A stretch of DNA of 64,000 nucleotides from positions 105,918 to 169,917 of the forward strand of contig CAVTQG010000061.1 in the NCBI GenBank assembly GCA_963736785.1. The letters are read 5' to 3'. A program made the translations under genes and the position numbers. The notes beneath the pieces were generated by a model. The model saw only the letters and a list, made by a program, of their open reading frames with translations, made no database searches and was not told where the DNA came from. Position 1 is the stretch's first letter, and each line of letters starts with the position of its first letter. Below are positions 29,604 to 40,213 of the stretch, in pieces. The stretch is from an uncultured Spirochaetota bacterium. Its GTDB lineage: Bacteria; Spirochaetota; Spirochaetia; SZUA-6; DRHE01.

Positions 29604-30596
29604 CTATTCCTCCTCGACCCGCACCTCGGGAGCGGGCCCGGGCCGGCACTCGATGATCTGGCCGCAAGCGGGCTCCGCGCCGTAAGCGGGCTCCGCCGCG
29701 CCCACCGCCTCCCGAAGTCTTTCGGCGATCCGCGCCGCCTCAGCGGCTAAGCACAGGACCTTGACCTGGGGACCCGCGTCGATGGTTTCCCAGGCGCCCA
29801 GCCCCTGGCGCCGCAGCTCCGCGCACTCCCGCACGAGCGCCACGGTGGCCGGCAGCCAATACAGCACGGGCGGATCGGAAGCCAGCAGGGCGGCGTGCAT
29901 GCGCGAGTAGCTCAGGCGGGCCAGCTCCCCCAGCTTCTCCAGATCGCGCTTCCGGAGGGCTTCCATCGCCTCCGGCAACAGCCTGCCGGAGGAGGCGAGC
30001 CAGGCGCGGTAAAAAGGCGACCCCCCGCGGGTGGCTTCCATGGCCTGTCGGGAGCTGATGGCCTTGGCCTGCGTGTTGGCCACGGCCACCAGCACGCGCA
30101 GCTCAGGCCAGTGCTGCTCGGGCAACAGCTGGCGCGCTGCCCGCGCTCGGGCGGGCAGCAGCGTGAAGCCGCCGAACAGGGAACGGGCTGCCGAAGCCGA
30201 CCCGACGCGCGCCACTGCGGAAAGCTCGCCAGCGGGCAGGTCGCGCCCGGCCAGGCGCGCGCAGGCCGCCGCCAGCGCGGCGAAACCCGAGGAGGAGGAG
30301 GCCAGGCCGGCGGCGGTGGGAAAGCTGTTCGTGCTGTCCGCGCGGAAGCGCTGGGCGGTGCGCAGGCGATGCCGCAAGACATCGAAAAAAGGGGCGTAAC
30401 GCTCCGCGGGCTGCTCCATCCCGTCCACCGTCACGCGGTCGGCCGGCGCCGGTCTCACGCGGGTTTCCGTATGCACGCCCGCCAGGGTCACGGCCAGGCT
30501 GGCAGTGGCCGGCAGGTTGCGCCGGCTGTCGCTCTTGCCCCAGTACTTGATCAGGGCCAGGCTGGGGTGCGCTCGGCAGAACACCACCCGGCTCAT
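29604..30596 (-). CDS. mvaD: Diphosphomevalonate decarboxylase
   Basis: ALIKYWGK, NSFPTAAGLASSSSG, GSASAARS, TIDAGPQVK. Confidence 0.93.
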   Translation of the reverse strand: MSRVVFCRAHPSLALIKYWGKSDSRRNLPATASLAVTLAGVHTETRVRPAPADRVTVDGMEQPAERYAPFFDVLRHRLRTAQRFRADSTNSFPTAAGLASSSSGFAALAAACARLAGRDLPAGELSAVARVGSASAARSLFGGFTLLPARARAARQLLPEQHWPELRVLVAVANTQAKAISSRQAMEATRGGSPFYRAWLASSGRLLPEAMEALRKRDLEKLGELARLSYSRMHAALLASDPPVLYWLPATVALVRECAELRRQGLGAWETIDAGPQVKVLCLAAEAARIAERLREAVGAAEPAYGAEPACGQIIECRPGPAPEVRVEEE

Positions 30597-31903
30597 GAGC
30601 GCCGTCCCCGCAGCTCGGCTAGTGCGCGGTCCGCCGCATCCCGGCTGTACTGCGCGGCGGCCGCCAGCCGTTCGGCGACCTGGCGCACTTCCGCCCCGCG
30701 GGCCCCCGCCTGGTAGGCCAGGCGGGCGGCGTGCAGCTTCATGTGCCCGCGCTGGATGCCGCCAGTGACCAGCGCCAGCAGGGCGGCGAAGTTTTGGGCC
30801 AGGCCGAGGGCCGCGGCAATCCGGGCCAGGCCCTGGCCGTCGGGGTGCCCGAGAATGGCCAGCGCCAGGCGGCTGGCCGGGTGGAAGCCCACGGCGCCGC
30901 CCACCACGGCGAAGGCCAGAGGCAGCTCCAGGCTGCCCTCCAGGGTTTGCCCGTCGGAAGAGTAACGGCTCAAGCCCCGGTACTGGCCGTCCCGGGCCGC
31001 CCAGGCGTGGGCCGCGGCCTCAATGGCCCGTGTGTCGTTCATCGTGGCCAGGGCCAGGGAGCTTATTCCGTTCATGATGCCCTTGTTGTGCGTCACGGCC
31101 CGGCTGGGGTCCTCCCTGGCCAACTCGGCGGCCAGAACGATCCGGCGCGCCGTCTCGACCGAGGCCTCGCCGGCCCCCTGCCCCGCCGCGGCCCCGCCGG
31201 CCCCAGAGCCGCCGGCCCCGGAGCCGGCGACACGCAGCAGCTCCAGAGGCAGGGCGAAACGCGCCCCGGCGCGGCGCTCGCGGGCGGCGTTGCTCAGGAT
31301 GCCCAGCAGGGCCTTCCCGCCGGTGAGCTCCTCCAACCGGGGCCTCAGGTGCTCGGCGGCCGTGTTCAAAATGTTGGCTCCCATGGCGTCCCGCACGTCG
31401 ATCAGCAGGTCGACCCGCACCAGGCCGGTTTCCGGCAGGCGGGCCACCTCCAACCCGCAGAAGCCGCCGCCGCGGGCCCGCAGGGAGGCCTGCAGGACGT
31501 CCAGTCGTTCCCGCAATTCCGCCTCCCGCGGCGCCACCCGCAGCTCCCCGCCGGGCGGCACCTTTTCCAGGAACACCTGGGCACGCATCACCGGTTCGGA
31601 GGCCCAGGTGGTGAAACCGCCGCCGCGGCGGATCAGGCGGGCGGCAAGGGAGGCGGCGGCGATCACGGACGGCTCCTCCACGGCCATGGGCACGGCCAGC
31701 TCCCGGCCGTCCACCAGAAAACCGGCCGCCAGCCCCAAAGGCATGGGCAGGCTGCCGACCGCTGCCTCCACCATGATATCGGCCAGCGCGGTGAGCTCGG
31801 GGCCGCAGCTCACCGCCGCCCAGTCCTCCGCGACCGCCTGCTCCTCCAGCAACCGCCGCCTCTCCTCCAGGCCCAGACGGCTGAAACGCTCCGGAAGCTG
31901 CAC
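30593..31903 (-). CDS. mvaA: HMG-CoA reductase, class II
   Basis: PMAVEEPSV, DAMGAN, THNKGIMNG, NDTRA, GIQRGHMKLH. Confidence 0.93.
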   Translation of the reverse strand: MQLPERFSRLGLEERRRLLEEQAVAEDWAAVSCGPELTALADIMVEAAVGSLPMPLGLAAGFLVDGRELAVPMAVEEPSVIAAASLAARLIRRGGGFTTWASEPVMRAQVFLEKVPPGGELRVAPREAELRERLDVLQASLRARGGGFCGLEVARLPETGLVRVDLLIDVRDAMGANILNTAAEHLRPRLEELTGGKALLGILSNAARERRAGARFALPLELLRVAGSGAGGSGAGGAAAGQGAGEASVETARRIVLAAELAREDPSRAVTHNKGIMNGISSLALATMNDTRAIEAAAHAWAARDGQYRGLSRYSSDGQTLEGSLELPLAFAVVGGAVGFHPASRLALAILGHPDGQGLARIAAALGLAQNFAALLALVTGGIQRGHMKLHAARLAYQAGARGAEVRQVAERLAAAAQYSRDAADRALAELRGRRS

Positions 31904-31923
31904 CGCGCCCAAGGCGGCCTCCT

Positions 31924-33024
31924 TTACCGGGTCCTCTCGGAGGTGTAGCGCAGCAGCTCGAAAAGGACGCGCTGCTCCTCCGCGCGGGCGTGCGGCAGGC
32001 CCTCGATCAGCCGCCGGGCCTCGGCGGCGTGGCGGGCGGCAAGCTCCTGCACCTCCGCCAGCACCCCGAGCCCCTCGCTCTGCCGCCGGACGAACTCCAG
32101 TTCCGCCTCGCCGATATCGGGATTGCCGAGGATGTGCCGCAGCTGGTCCGCCGCGGCCGCGGGGGCGCGGGCCAGAAGCCGCCCGATCAGCAGCGTCTTC
32201 TTTCCCTCGCGCAGGTCCGAGCCGACGGGCTTGCCCAGCTCCCGCTCGTCACCGAAAAGATCCAACAGGTCATCGCGGAGCTGGAACAGGATTCCCAGAC
32301 ACTCCCCCAGCCTTTCCAGCGCCGCAAGCTCCGCCGGCCCGCAGCCGGCCAGCAGGGCGCCGGCCATGAGCGGCATGGAGAAGGTATAGCGGGCCGTCTT
32401 GTAGGTGTACAGGCGCAGGACTTCCTCGTCGGCTATTGTGCCAGCCTCCAGGCCCGGACCGGCGCCGCCGAAAGCGGGCTGCGCCCCCCAGGCCACGTCC
32501 TGCATCTGGGCCACGGCCACCCGGGACAGCTCGCGGGCGCACAGGCGCAGCAGGCCGGCACGAGCCTGTTCCGGAACCGGCGGACCGGACAGAACCTCGA
32601 AGCCCAGGAAGAAAGCCGCGTCGCCCGCGCAGATGCCGAGGGACTGTCCCAGGTGTCCGGGGTCCCGCGCCCCCCGCCGTTCGGCCTCGCCGGTGTACTG
32701 GCGGTGGATGGTCGGCTGGCCGCGCCGCGTGGCATCCCGGTCCATGATGTCGTCGTGCACGAGCAGCCCGGACTGAAACAGCTCCATGGCCGCGCCCACC
32801 GCCAGCGCGGCCTGCTCGGCGGGCCGGGCTCCGCGGTCCAGCAGCCCCGAGCCCAGGCAGACCAGCGCGCCGCGGAGCATCTTGCCCTGCCCGGCGAAAC
32901 GGACCAGCCGCTCGGCCAGCTCCCGCCCCAGCGGATTGACCTTTTCCAGGTCTTCGGCCCGGGACCGCAGCAGCTCCTCCAGCCAGCGGCTGATCTGCCG
33001 CCTGCACTTTTCGATATATACCAT
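31924..33024 (-). CDS. Polyprenyl (GGPP-type) diphosphate synthase
   Basis: GKMLR, HDDIMDRDATRRG (FARM), YKTARY, FQLRDDLLD (SARM), GSDLREGK. Confidence 0.9.
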   Translation of the reverse strand: MVYIEKCRRQISRWLEELLRSRAEDLEKVNPLGRELAERLVRFAGQGKMLRGALVCLGSGLLDRGARPAEQAALAVGAAMELFQSGLLVHDDIMDRDATRRGQPTIHRQYTGEAERRGARDPGHLGQSLGICAGDAAFFLGFEVLSGPPVPEQARAGLLRLCARELSRVAVAQMQDVAWGAQPAFGGAGPGLEAGTIADEEVLRLYTYKTARYTFSMPLMAGALLAGCGPAELAALERLGECLGILFQLRDDLLDLFGDERELGKPVGSDLREGKKTLLIGRLLARAPAAAADQLRHILGNPDIGEAELEFVRRQSEGLGVLAEVQELAARHAAEARRLIEGLPHARAEEQRVLFELLRYTSERTR

Positions 33025-33108
33025 GCTCTCCGCCGCTCGCCCGTAGTATATCAGGAAATGTTTTTCTGCTTAATGGACTCTTTGATCGTTTCGGGTTAGA
33101 CTCGTAGC

Positions 33109-34378
33109 ATGGACGATAGCAGCAACAGACGCGTGGGAATCAGCGACATCCGCGTCTATCTACCGTACCCGGTGATCGATCTTCAGGATATCATCCGCAA
33201 GCGCGTGGCCGAGCACCCGCGGCTGGCCCGCCACATGGCGCGCGCCCTGGCCACCACGGGACAGAAATCCATCCGTTTCCCGGAACCCTGGGAGGACACC
33301 GCGACCATGGCCGCCCAGGCCGCCTACGAGCTGGTGCGGTGCAACCCGAACCTGGAAATGGCCGCGATCCGGCACCTGGCGGTGGGCACCGAGACCACGG
33401 TGGACCACGCCAAGCCGGTTTCGGCGTACGTGCAGGGCATGCTGCAAAGGGCCGGGGTCAAACTCCCGGACTGCCTCTCCAGTTTCCAGGTCCAGCACGC
33501 CTGCGCGGGGGCGACCATGGCCCTGCTCAGCGTGGCCAGCATGCTGCAGACCTCCAACCTTCCGGGGGAGTCGGGCATCGTGATGGCCAGCGACATCGCC
33601 CGCTACGACACCGAGAGCACCGCCGAAATCACCCAGGGCGCGGGGGCGGTGGCCATGCTCGTGGAGAACTCCCCGAAGCTGATCGATCTGGACCTGTCCA
33701 CCGTGGGCTACTACTCGAAGGACGTGGACGACTTCTTCCGGCCGCTGGGCTCGAAAACCGCCAAGGTCCAGGGCCGCTACTCCATGGACTGCTACCTGGA
33801 GAGCCTGGAGGGCGCGTTCCTGGACCATTGCCGCCGCGCCGGGCTAGAGCCCCCAGCAGGCGCTGAACGACAGCGAGCTGGTCATGCTGCACACGCCGTT
33901 CCGGAACATGCCCGAAAGCGCCATGCAGCACCTGCTGGAGAGGCACCTGGGATTCACCAACGGGCACACCGAAGGCTACCTCCGCGACCGGGGCTTCTAC
34001 CAGGGGGTGGACCCCCTCTCCTACATCGGCAACACCTATGCCGGCTCGCTGTACCTGGCCCTGGCCTTCCTGCTGTACCATCGTTTCCGGGAGCTGGGCG
34101 AGAAGATCGTGGGCAAGCGCGTGCTGCTGGCCTCCTACGGCTCCGGCAACACCATGATCATCCAGGCCGGCCGGGTGATGCCCCAGGCTCCGGAGGTGCT
34201 CTCCGCCTGGGACCTGGACCGGACCCTGGCGGCCCACCGCCCGGCCTCCATCGAGGACTACGACCTGCTGGACCGAAGGCCCGTACGAGGCCGCGGAGCA
34301 CGAACGCCTCAACCAGGGGCGGCAGGTTCCGGCAGACTCCTTCTATCTGGCCAGCATCCGGGAGGATGGATACCGTGA
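33109..34378 (+). CDS. mvaS: HMG-CoA synthase of the mevalonate pathway (frameshifts near 33850 and 34280)
   Basis: EDTATMA, GTET, QHACAG, SDIARY, TQGAGAVA, HTPF, GNTYAGSL, SYGSG. Confidence 0.9.
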
Positions 34379-35457
34379 GTACCGACACGCCGCCGAGCTC
34401 CACCATTGGCTTCCGCAAGGAGAAGCATCTAGCGATCTGCACCGATCCCGCCCGGTTCACAGTTGAGGGGGCCTCCAGCGGCTTTTCCAGCCTGCGCTTC
34501 CTGCACCGCGCGCTGCCCGAGCTGGCCGCCGACCAGATAGACCCTTCCTGCCGCTTCCTGGAGCACGACCTGCGCCTGCCCCTGTTCATCTCCTGCATGA
34601 CCGGCGGCTCCGAACAGAGTCTGACGGTCAACCGGGAGCTGGCCAAGGCCGCCCAGGCCGCGGGCTTGCCGGTGGGCCTGGGCTCGTTCCGGGTGCTGTT
34701 CCAGCACCCGGAGCTGGCCGGGCAATTCCGACTCAAGAGCCTGGCTCCGGACGTCCCGGTTCTGGCCAATCTCGGCGCCGTGCAGGTGCGCGACCGCCCC
34801 CACGCCGAGATCTTCGAATGGCTGCGGCGCCTGGAGGTGCAGGCCCTGGTCGTGCACCTGAACCCGGGGCAGGAGCTGTTCCAGCCGGAAGGGGACCGTG
34901 ACTTCCGCGGCCTGAAGCAGGCCATAGCCCGGCTCTGCGAGCGCTCGCCGGTGCCGGTGATCGTCAAGGAAACCGGGTTCGGCATTCTGCCTTCCATCGT
35001 CCGGGAGCTGCTCGGCGCCGGTGCCGCCTACGTGGACCTGGCGGGCGCCGGGGGGACCAACTGGATCCGGGTGGAAGCCTACCGGCTCACCGGCGAGCAG
35101 CGGGCCGCCGCCGAGGAGTTCGCCGACTGGGGGCTGCCGACCGCCGTGCTCCTGGGGGCGCTGCGGGGCACCGACCGCGTGCTGGCCTCCGGGGGACTGC
35201 GCAGCGGCCTGGACGCGGCCAAGGCCGTGGCCCTGGGCGCTCGCCTGGCTGGGATGGCCCTGCCCTTCATCCGGGAGGTTTGCGCGGGAGGCGCCGAGGC
35301 GGTGGTCGGTCTGGTCCGCCGCCTGGAGCTGTCCTTCCGCACCGCCATGCTTCTCACCGGTTCCCGCACTCTGGAGGACCTGCGCCGCGGCGTGCTCTGG
35401 CCCGAGCCGGCCTTCACCACCGCCGTGGAGGCGCTGCGGGCCGCCGACAGCGCATGA
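34375..35457 (+). CDS. fni: Type 2 isopentenyl-diphosphate isomerase
   Basis: RKEKHL, ISCMTGG, HLNPGQE, VKETGFG, GAGGTNW, ASGGLR. Confidence 0.93.
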   Translation: MSTDTPPSSTIGFRKEKHLAICTDPARFTVEGASSGFSSLRFLHRALPELAADQIDPSCRFLEHDLRLPLFISCMTGGSEQSLTVNRELAKAAQAAGLPVGLGSFRVLFQHPELAGQFRLKSLAPDVPVLANLGAVQVRDRPHAEIFEWLRRLEVQALVVHLNPGQELFQPEGDRDFRGLKQAIARLCERSPVPVIVKETGFGILPSIVRELLGAGAAYVDLAGAGGTNWIRVEAYRLTGEQRAAAEEFADWGLPTAVLLGALRGTDRVLASGGLRSGLDAAKAVALGARLAGMALPFIREVCAGGAEAVVGLVRRLELSFRTAMLLTGSRTLEDLRRGVLWPEPAFTTAVEALRAADSA

Positions 35458-35471
35458 AGCGCGGCACGTGC

Positions 35472-35534
35472 GGGGCCGCAGCAGCGGCAGGTCAGGACGC
35501 AATCGCGTGCTGAAGGGCCGCAGTAGCGGCAGGT
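35472..35534. repeat. Two tandem copies of the REP-like hairpin repeat
   Basis: GGGGCCGCAGCAGCGGCAGGT at 35472-35492 and GGGCCGCAGTAGCGGCAGGT at 35515-35534, between convergent genes. Confidence 0.7.
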
Positions 35535-35743
35535 CAGACGGGCGAACGCCGCAGCCGGTCGATGAGCAGGAAGGCCAGGGCCGCGCGCTCGTTGCGGTCA
35601 AGCCCCGCTTCCAGCTCGGCGAGCTTGCCGGCCAGCAAGGGTCCGCTGCGCGGGTCTTCCCGGGCCAGCTCCAGCGCCTTGCGCATTTGCATCTCGTTGA
35701 TGCAGTAGATCGATTCCCCGCCCGTGAGCGCTGGGAGGCTCAA
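35534..35743 (-). CDS. Small hypothetical protein coupled to the IscA-like gene
   Basis: TTGA start/stop overlap; helical 69-aa ORF. Confidence 0.5.
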   Translation of the reverse strand: MSLPALTGGESIYCINEMQMRKALELAREDPRSGPLLAGKLAELEAGLDRNERAALAFLLIDRLRRSPV

Positions 35744-36126
35744 CCGGAGGCCTCCTCCTGCACGGCGAAGCTGGACCCGCAGCCGCAGGCGGAAACGGCG
35801 TTGGGATTCAGAAACCGGAAGCCGGCCTTCACCAGGTCGGCGCTATAGTCGATCGAAAGCCCCTTCAGGTACCGGAAGCTCGTCCCGTCGCTCACCACCC
35901 GCAGCTCCTCGTCCTGGTACAAGAGGCGGTCGAACGGGGTCTGCACGGAGTCGATCCCCATTTCGTAGGTCAGTCCCGTGCAGCCGCCGGGCACCACCAC
36001 CAGCCGCAGAAAGCCCGCGGAGCGCAGCTCGGCCCCTCCCAAGCGCAGCAGCTCCTCGCGGGCGGCCGCGCTCACCTGAATCAAATTGCCCAACGGAATG
36101 TCCAAGCCCTCTCCTTGCATATCCAT
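35740..36126 (-). CDS. A-type Fe-S carrier (IscA/HesB family)
   Basis: GGCTGLTY and [14 protein letters not shown]. Confidence 0.9.
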   Translation of the reverse strand: MDMQGEGLDIPLGNLIQVSAAAREELLRLGGAELRSAGFLRLVVVPGGCTGLTYEMGIDSVQTPFDRLLYQDEELRVVSDGTSFRYLKGLSIDYSADLVKAGFRFLNPNAVSACGCGSSFAVQEEASG

Positions 36127-36159
36127 ATATTACTGATTTTATTATATTCAAGAATAGCC

Positions 36160-37183
36160 ATGCACGCCATAAACGAAGAGCAGGTCCTGAAGGCCCTCGG
36201 CACGGTCATGGAGCCGGAGCTGCACCAGGACATCGTTTCCCTAAATTTCGTCCGGAATATCCACATCGACGGCAACGCGGTAAGCTTCACGATCATGCTG
36301 ACCACTCCGGCCTGCCCGCTGAAGCATATACTGCAACAGGACAGCGAGAACGCCCTGCGCCGCGAGCTGCCGGGCATCGGAGCGATCCACGTGGGCTTCG
36401 ACTCCCAGGTGCTGGCCGACAAGCGCATCCAGGAAAAGCTCGACGTGCCGATCAAGACGATCCTGGCCGTGGGCAGCGGGAAAGGCGGGGTGGGAAAAAC
36501 CACCGTGGCCGTCAACCTGGCCGTAGGGCTGGCGCGCGACGGGGCCTCGGTGGGCCTTCTGGACGCCGACATCTACGGCCCCAATGTCCCGCTCATGACC
36601 GGGGTGCGCGAGCTGCCTCCCGCGCGCGGGGACAAGCTGGCCCCGGCCCTGGCGCATGGAGTGTGGGTGATGAGCATGGGCTTCCTCATCCCCCAGGACG
36701 AGGCTCTGGTCTGGCGGGGGCCGATGATCCACGGCGCCCTGCGGCAGCTTTTCTCGGATGTGGCCTGGCCGGAACTGGACTACCTGGTCGTGGACCTGCC
36801 GCCGGGCACGGGCGACGCCCAGCTCAGCCTGGCCCAGCTGGTTCCCCTGACCGGCGGCATCGTGGTGACCACGCCCCAGGCGGTCTCCGTGGCCGATGCC
36901 CGGCGCGGGGTGCGCGCCTTCCAGCGCCTGGAGGTGCCGGTCCTGGGCATCGTGGAGAACATGTCCGGACCGACTTTCGGCAGCGGCGGCGGGGAGGAGG
37001 CGGCCCGCGACCTGGGTCTTCCCCTGCTGGCCCGCCTGCCCATGGACCCGCAGATCGTGCGCGGCGGCGACAACGGCCTCCCCCCCGCGGCCGGGGAGGG
37101 GGGAGCTTTCCGAGGCCTTCCGCCGGCTGGCCCGGGTGGTGGCCGGGCGCTTGAGCGTGTCCCAGTTCCGGCGCAGCGCATGA
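36160..37183 (+). CDS. apbC: Mrp/NBP35 (ApbC) Fe-S carrier ATPase (frameshift near 37100)
   Basis: DPELHQDIV-like N-terminus, [34 protein letters not shown]; C-terminus [12 protein letters not shown]...* is in another frame. Confidence 0.9.
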
Positions 37184-38067
37184 GCGGTCCGCCCGAGCGC
37201 AAGCCGGAGTGGCTGCGCATACGCCTCAACACCAGCCCGAGCTACGTCTTCCTCAAGCGCCTGGTGCGCGAAGAAGGCCTGCACACGGTCTGCGAGGAGG
37301 CGCGCTGCCCGAACCTGCAGGAATGCTGGGGCACGCACCGCACCGCCAGCTTCATGATCCTGGGAGATACCTGCACGCGCCGCTGCCGTTTCTGCGCCGT
37401 CAAGACGGGTCTGCCCCGCGCCGTGGATCGGCAGGAGCCCGAGCGGTTGGCCCTGGCGGTGCGGCGCATGGGCCTGCAGCACGTGCACGTAACCATGGTG
37501 AACCGGGATGACCTGCCCGATGGCGGGGCCTCCCTCATGGCGGCCACGGTGCGGGCCATCCGCCGGGACAACCCGGGCTGCTCGATAGAGGTGCTCTGTT
37601 CGGACTTCATGGGCGACCCGCAGGCCATCCGGCAGGTCGTGGACAGCCGCCCGGACATCCTGAGCCACAACCTGGAAACGGTGCGCCGGCTCACCCCGCT
37701 GGTGCGTTCGCATTCCGACTACGACCGCTCCCTGGCCTTCCTGCGCCTGGTGCGCGACAGCGACCCGGGCACGGTGACCAAGTCCAGCCTCATGCTGGGC
37801 CTGGGCGAAGGCCACGACGAGGTGGTGCAGGCCATGCGCGACTTGCGCCAGGCGGGCACGGACATGCTGAACCTGGGCCAGTACCTGCAGCCCAGCCGCA
37901 CCCACCTGCCGGTGGTCCGCTACTGGCCGCCGGAGGAGTTCGCCCGCCTGCGCAGCCTGGCCCTCCGCCTGGGCTTCCAGCACTGCGAGGCGGGGCCGCT
38001 GGTGCGCTCCTCCTACCACGCCGGACAGCAGCTCCAGGAGTTCCGGCAGCGCGCCGCGGAGGCCTGA
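37180..38067 (+). CDS. lipA: Lipoyl synthase
   Basis: [44 protein letters not shown]. Confidence 0.95.
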   Translation: MSGPPERKPEWLRIRLNTSPSYVFLKRLVREEGLHTVCEEARCPNLQECWGTHRTASFMILGDTCTRRCRFCAVKTGLPRAVDRQEPERLALAVRRMGLQHVHVTMVNRDDLPDGGASLMAATVRAIRRDNPGCSIEVLCSDFMGDPQAIRQVVDSRPDILSHNLETVRRLTPLVRSHSDYDRSLAFLRLVRDSDPGTVTKSSLMLGLGEGHDEVVQAMRDLRQAGTDMLNLGQYLQPSRTHLPVVRYWPPEEFARLRSLALRLGFQHCEAGPLVRSSYHAGQQLQEFRQRAAEA

Positions 38068-38742
38068 GTGCCGGCTCTCCCCTCAGGGCCGGTGCGCCAC
38101 CGCGTTCTATCGGTGCGCCCGCTGAGCCCGTTGGCCTATATCCTGCGCCTGGAACGCGGGCGCCTGGAGTTCCAACCCGGACAGTACGTGCGGTTGGGCA
38201 TCCCCGGATTGCCGGCGCAGCGGGAGTACTCCATATTTTCCGCTCCGGGCGAGGGCTGCCTGGAGGTGCTGGTCCGGGAAATGCGCGAGGGGCTGCTTTC
38301 GCCGCGACTGCGGCACTGCCAACCCGGCGACGCCCTCGAGCTGGAGGGGCCTTTCGGAGAGTTCCTCCTGCCTGGAGGCGGCCAGGGAGGGGACCCGGGC
38401 GGCTCCTTTCTTTTCGTGGCCACTGGCACCGGAATCGCCCCATTCCACTGCTTCGCCAGGAGCTATCCCCGGCTGGACTACCAGCTCCTGCACGGCGTGG
38501 CACGGGCCGGCGAGCTTTACGGGGCCGAAGACTTCGATCCGCGCCGGGTGACGCCCTGCCTCAGCCGGGAGCGGGGCACGGGTTTTTCGGGGCGGGTCAC
38601 TGATTTCCTGCGGCAGCACTCGGCGGAGCCGAAGCGGCTCTGCTACCTGTGCGGCGGCTGCGGCATGATCTACGAGGCTTTCGCCATCCTGCGCCAGCAG
38701 GGCATTCCGGCGGAACGGATCTTCGCCGAAACCTACTACTGA
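38068..38742 (+). CDS. Ferredoxin/flavodoxin-NADP reductase-like FAD/NAD-binding protein
   Basis: REYS, GLLSPRL, GPFG, ATGTGIAPF, YLCG, terminal ETYY. Confidence 0.85.
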   Translation: MPALPSGPVRHRVLSVRPLSPLAYILRLERGRLEFQPGQYVRLGIPGLPAQREYSIFSAPGEGCLEVLVREMREGLLSPRLRHCQPGDALELEGPFGEFLLPGGGQGGDPGGSFLFVATGTGIAPFHCFARSYPRLDYQLLHGVARAGELYGAEDFDPRRVTPCLSRERGTGFSGRVTDFLRQHSAEPKRLCYLCGGCGMIYEAFAILRQQGIPAERIFAETYY

Positions 38743-38760
38743 CCTGCTGCTACTGCAGCC
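38741..38760. repeat. Inverted REP-like hairpin copy with compensatory stem changes
   Basis: Reverse complement GGCTGCAGTAGCAGCAGGTC; the stem is GCTGC/GCAGC instead of GCCGC/GCGGC. Confidence 0.6.
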
Positions 38761-38830
38761 GCTCAGCACGCTATTGCGTATTGAGTCATGGTTTCCGAAG
38801 CGGCGAGTTTCGGGTATCCTGCCCGCACCC

Positions 38831-40198
38831 ATGCAAGAGAGACTAGACAATCGCCCTGCCCCACTGCTGCGGCGCTTACTGGGCATCGCGCTGCCCATGG
38901 TCGTTTCCCAGGCTTCCGACACCATCATGATGTTCACCGACCGGCTGTTTCTTTCCCGCCTGGGGGAGGCATATATCTCGGCGGCCATGAGCGGGGGCCT
39001 GACCGCCTTCATGGTCAGCTCCTTTTTCGTAGGCACGGTGGGCTACACCAACGCCTTGGTGGCCCAGCTCTACGGCGCGGGACGCAAAGACAACTGCGCG
39101 CTGGCCACTGTACAGGGCCTGATCCTGGCTTTGGTCTGCTATCCGTTGATCCTGGCGGTTTCACCTCTGGCCCGCTACCTGTTCATCCTTGCCGGACAGA
39201 GCCCTCTTCAAGTAGGCCTGGGCTACGAATACTTCCGATACCTCATTTACGGCTCCCTGTTCATGGTGCTGCGCTATGCGCTTTCCGGCTTCTTCCTGGG
39301 CATCGGCCGCACCCGCGTGGTCATGCTGGCCAATCTGGCCGGAATGCTCGCCAACCTTCCCGCCAACTATGTGCTGATCTACGGCAAGCTCGGTTTCCCC
39401 GCCCTGGGCTTGAAAGGTGCTGCCATCGGCACGGTCCTGGGCAGCGCCCTCTCCTTCCTGGTTCTGCTGGCCTCCTATCTGAACGGGCCAAATCGCCGCG
39501 AGTTCGCGACGCATCGGTCCTTCCGCTTCCGCGCCGTTCCGATGAGCACCCTGGTGCGCTTCGGAACGCCCGCCGGTGTGGAGATGCTGCTTAACGTGGC
39601 GGCCTTCAACCTGTTCGTGCAGTTCCTGTACTCTTACGGCACGAGGGTGGCCGCGGCCGTGACCATCGCCTTCAACTGGGACATCGTGGCCTTCATCCCC
39701 ATGCTGGGAATGAGCTTCGCCACCACTTCGCTGGTCGGCCAGTACGTCGGCGCCCGCGACTTTGCCCTGGCCCGGCGAGCCGCCTACCTTTCCCTGCGGG
39801 TAGCCTGGGTGTACTCCGGTACCATGGTGGTCGTTTTCCTGGCCGCCACCGGTGCCCTGGTCCGGACCTTCGCCTCGGGATTACCGGGGGACGCCGTGGA
39901 GATCACCCGCCTGGCCGGGGTGCTGATCCGCCTGGCTTCGATCTATACCCTGGCTGATTCCGCCCAGCTGGTCTTCGCCGGGGCCCTGCGCGGGGCCGGG
40001 GACACCCGCTGGGTGATGCGGGTTTCCGTGGGCCTGCATTGGGTTTTCTCGGCCGCGGCCATCGCGATGATCCGCTTCCTGCGCATTTCCCCCGTGGCGG
40101 CCTGGACGGCCTTCATCATTTTCATCGTCCTGCTTGGGATTTCCATGTTCCTGCGGTTCCGCGGAGGCCGCTGGATGGACATCCGCATGGTGGTGTGA
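38831..40198 (+). CDS. MATE-family efflux transporter
   Basis: 12-TM pattern, ALPMVVSQ, DRLFLSRLG, LRGAGDT. Confidence 0.9.
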   Translation: MQERLDNRPAPLLRRLLGIALPMVVSQASDTIMMFTDRLFLSRLGEAYISAAMSGGLTAFMVSSFFVGTVGYTNALVAQLYGAGRKDNCALATVQGLILALVCYPLILAVSPLARYLFILAGQSPLQVGLGYEYFRYLIYGSLFMVLRYALSGFFLGIGRTRVVMLANLAGMLANLPANYVLIYGKLGFPALGLKGAAIGTVLGSALSFLVLLASYLNGPNRREFATHRSFRFRAVPMSTLVRFGTPAGVEMLLNVAAFNLFVQFLYSYGTRVAAAVTIAFNWDIVAFIPMLGMSFATTSLVGQYVGARDFALARRAAYLSLRVAWVYSGTMVVVFLAATGALVRTFASGLPGDAVEITRLAGVLIRLASIYTLADSAQLVFAGALRGAGDTRWVMRVSVGLHWVFSAAAIAMIRFLRISPVAAWTAFIIFIVLLGISMFLRFRGGRWMDIRMVV

Positions 40199-40213
40199 GC
40201 CAGGTGCATTGCG

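Noticed and set aside
33109-35457. Apparent HMG-CoA synthase-IDI2 fusion (782 aa)
   Set aside because: The mvaS C-terminus lies in another frame ending at 34378, with a GTGA overlap on fni.
36115-38067. Apparent 650-aa Mrp-LipA fusion
   Set aside because: The true ApbC C-terminus is in another frame ending at 37183 with an ATGA overlap on lipA; the shift is in a G-homopolymer near 37100.
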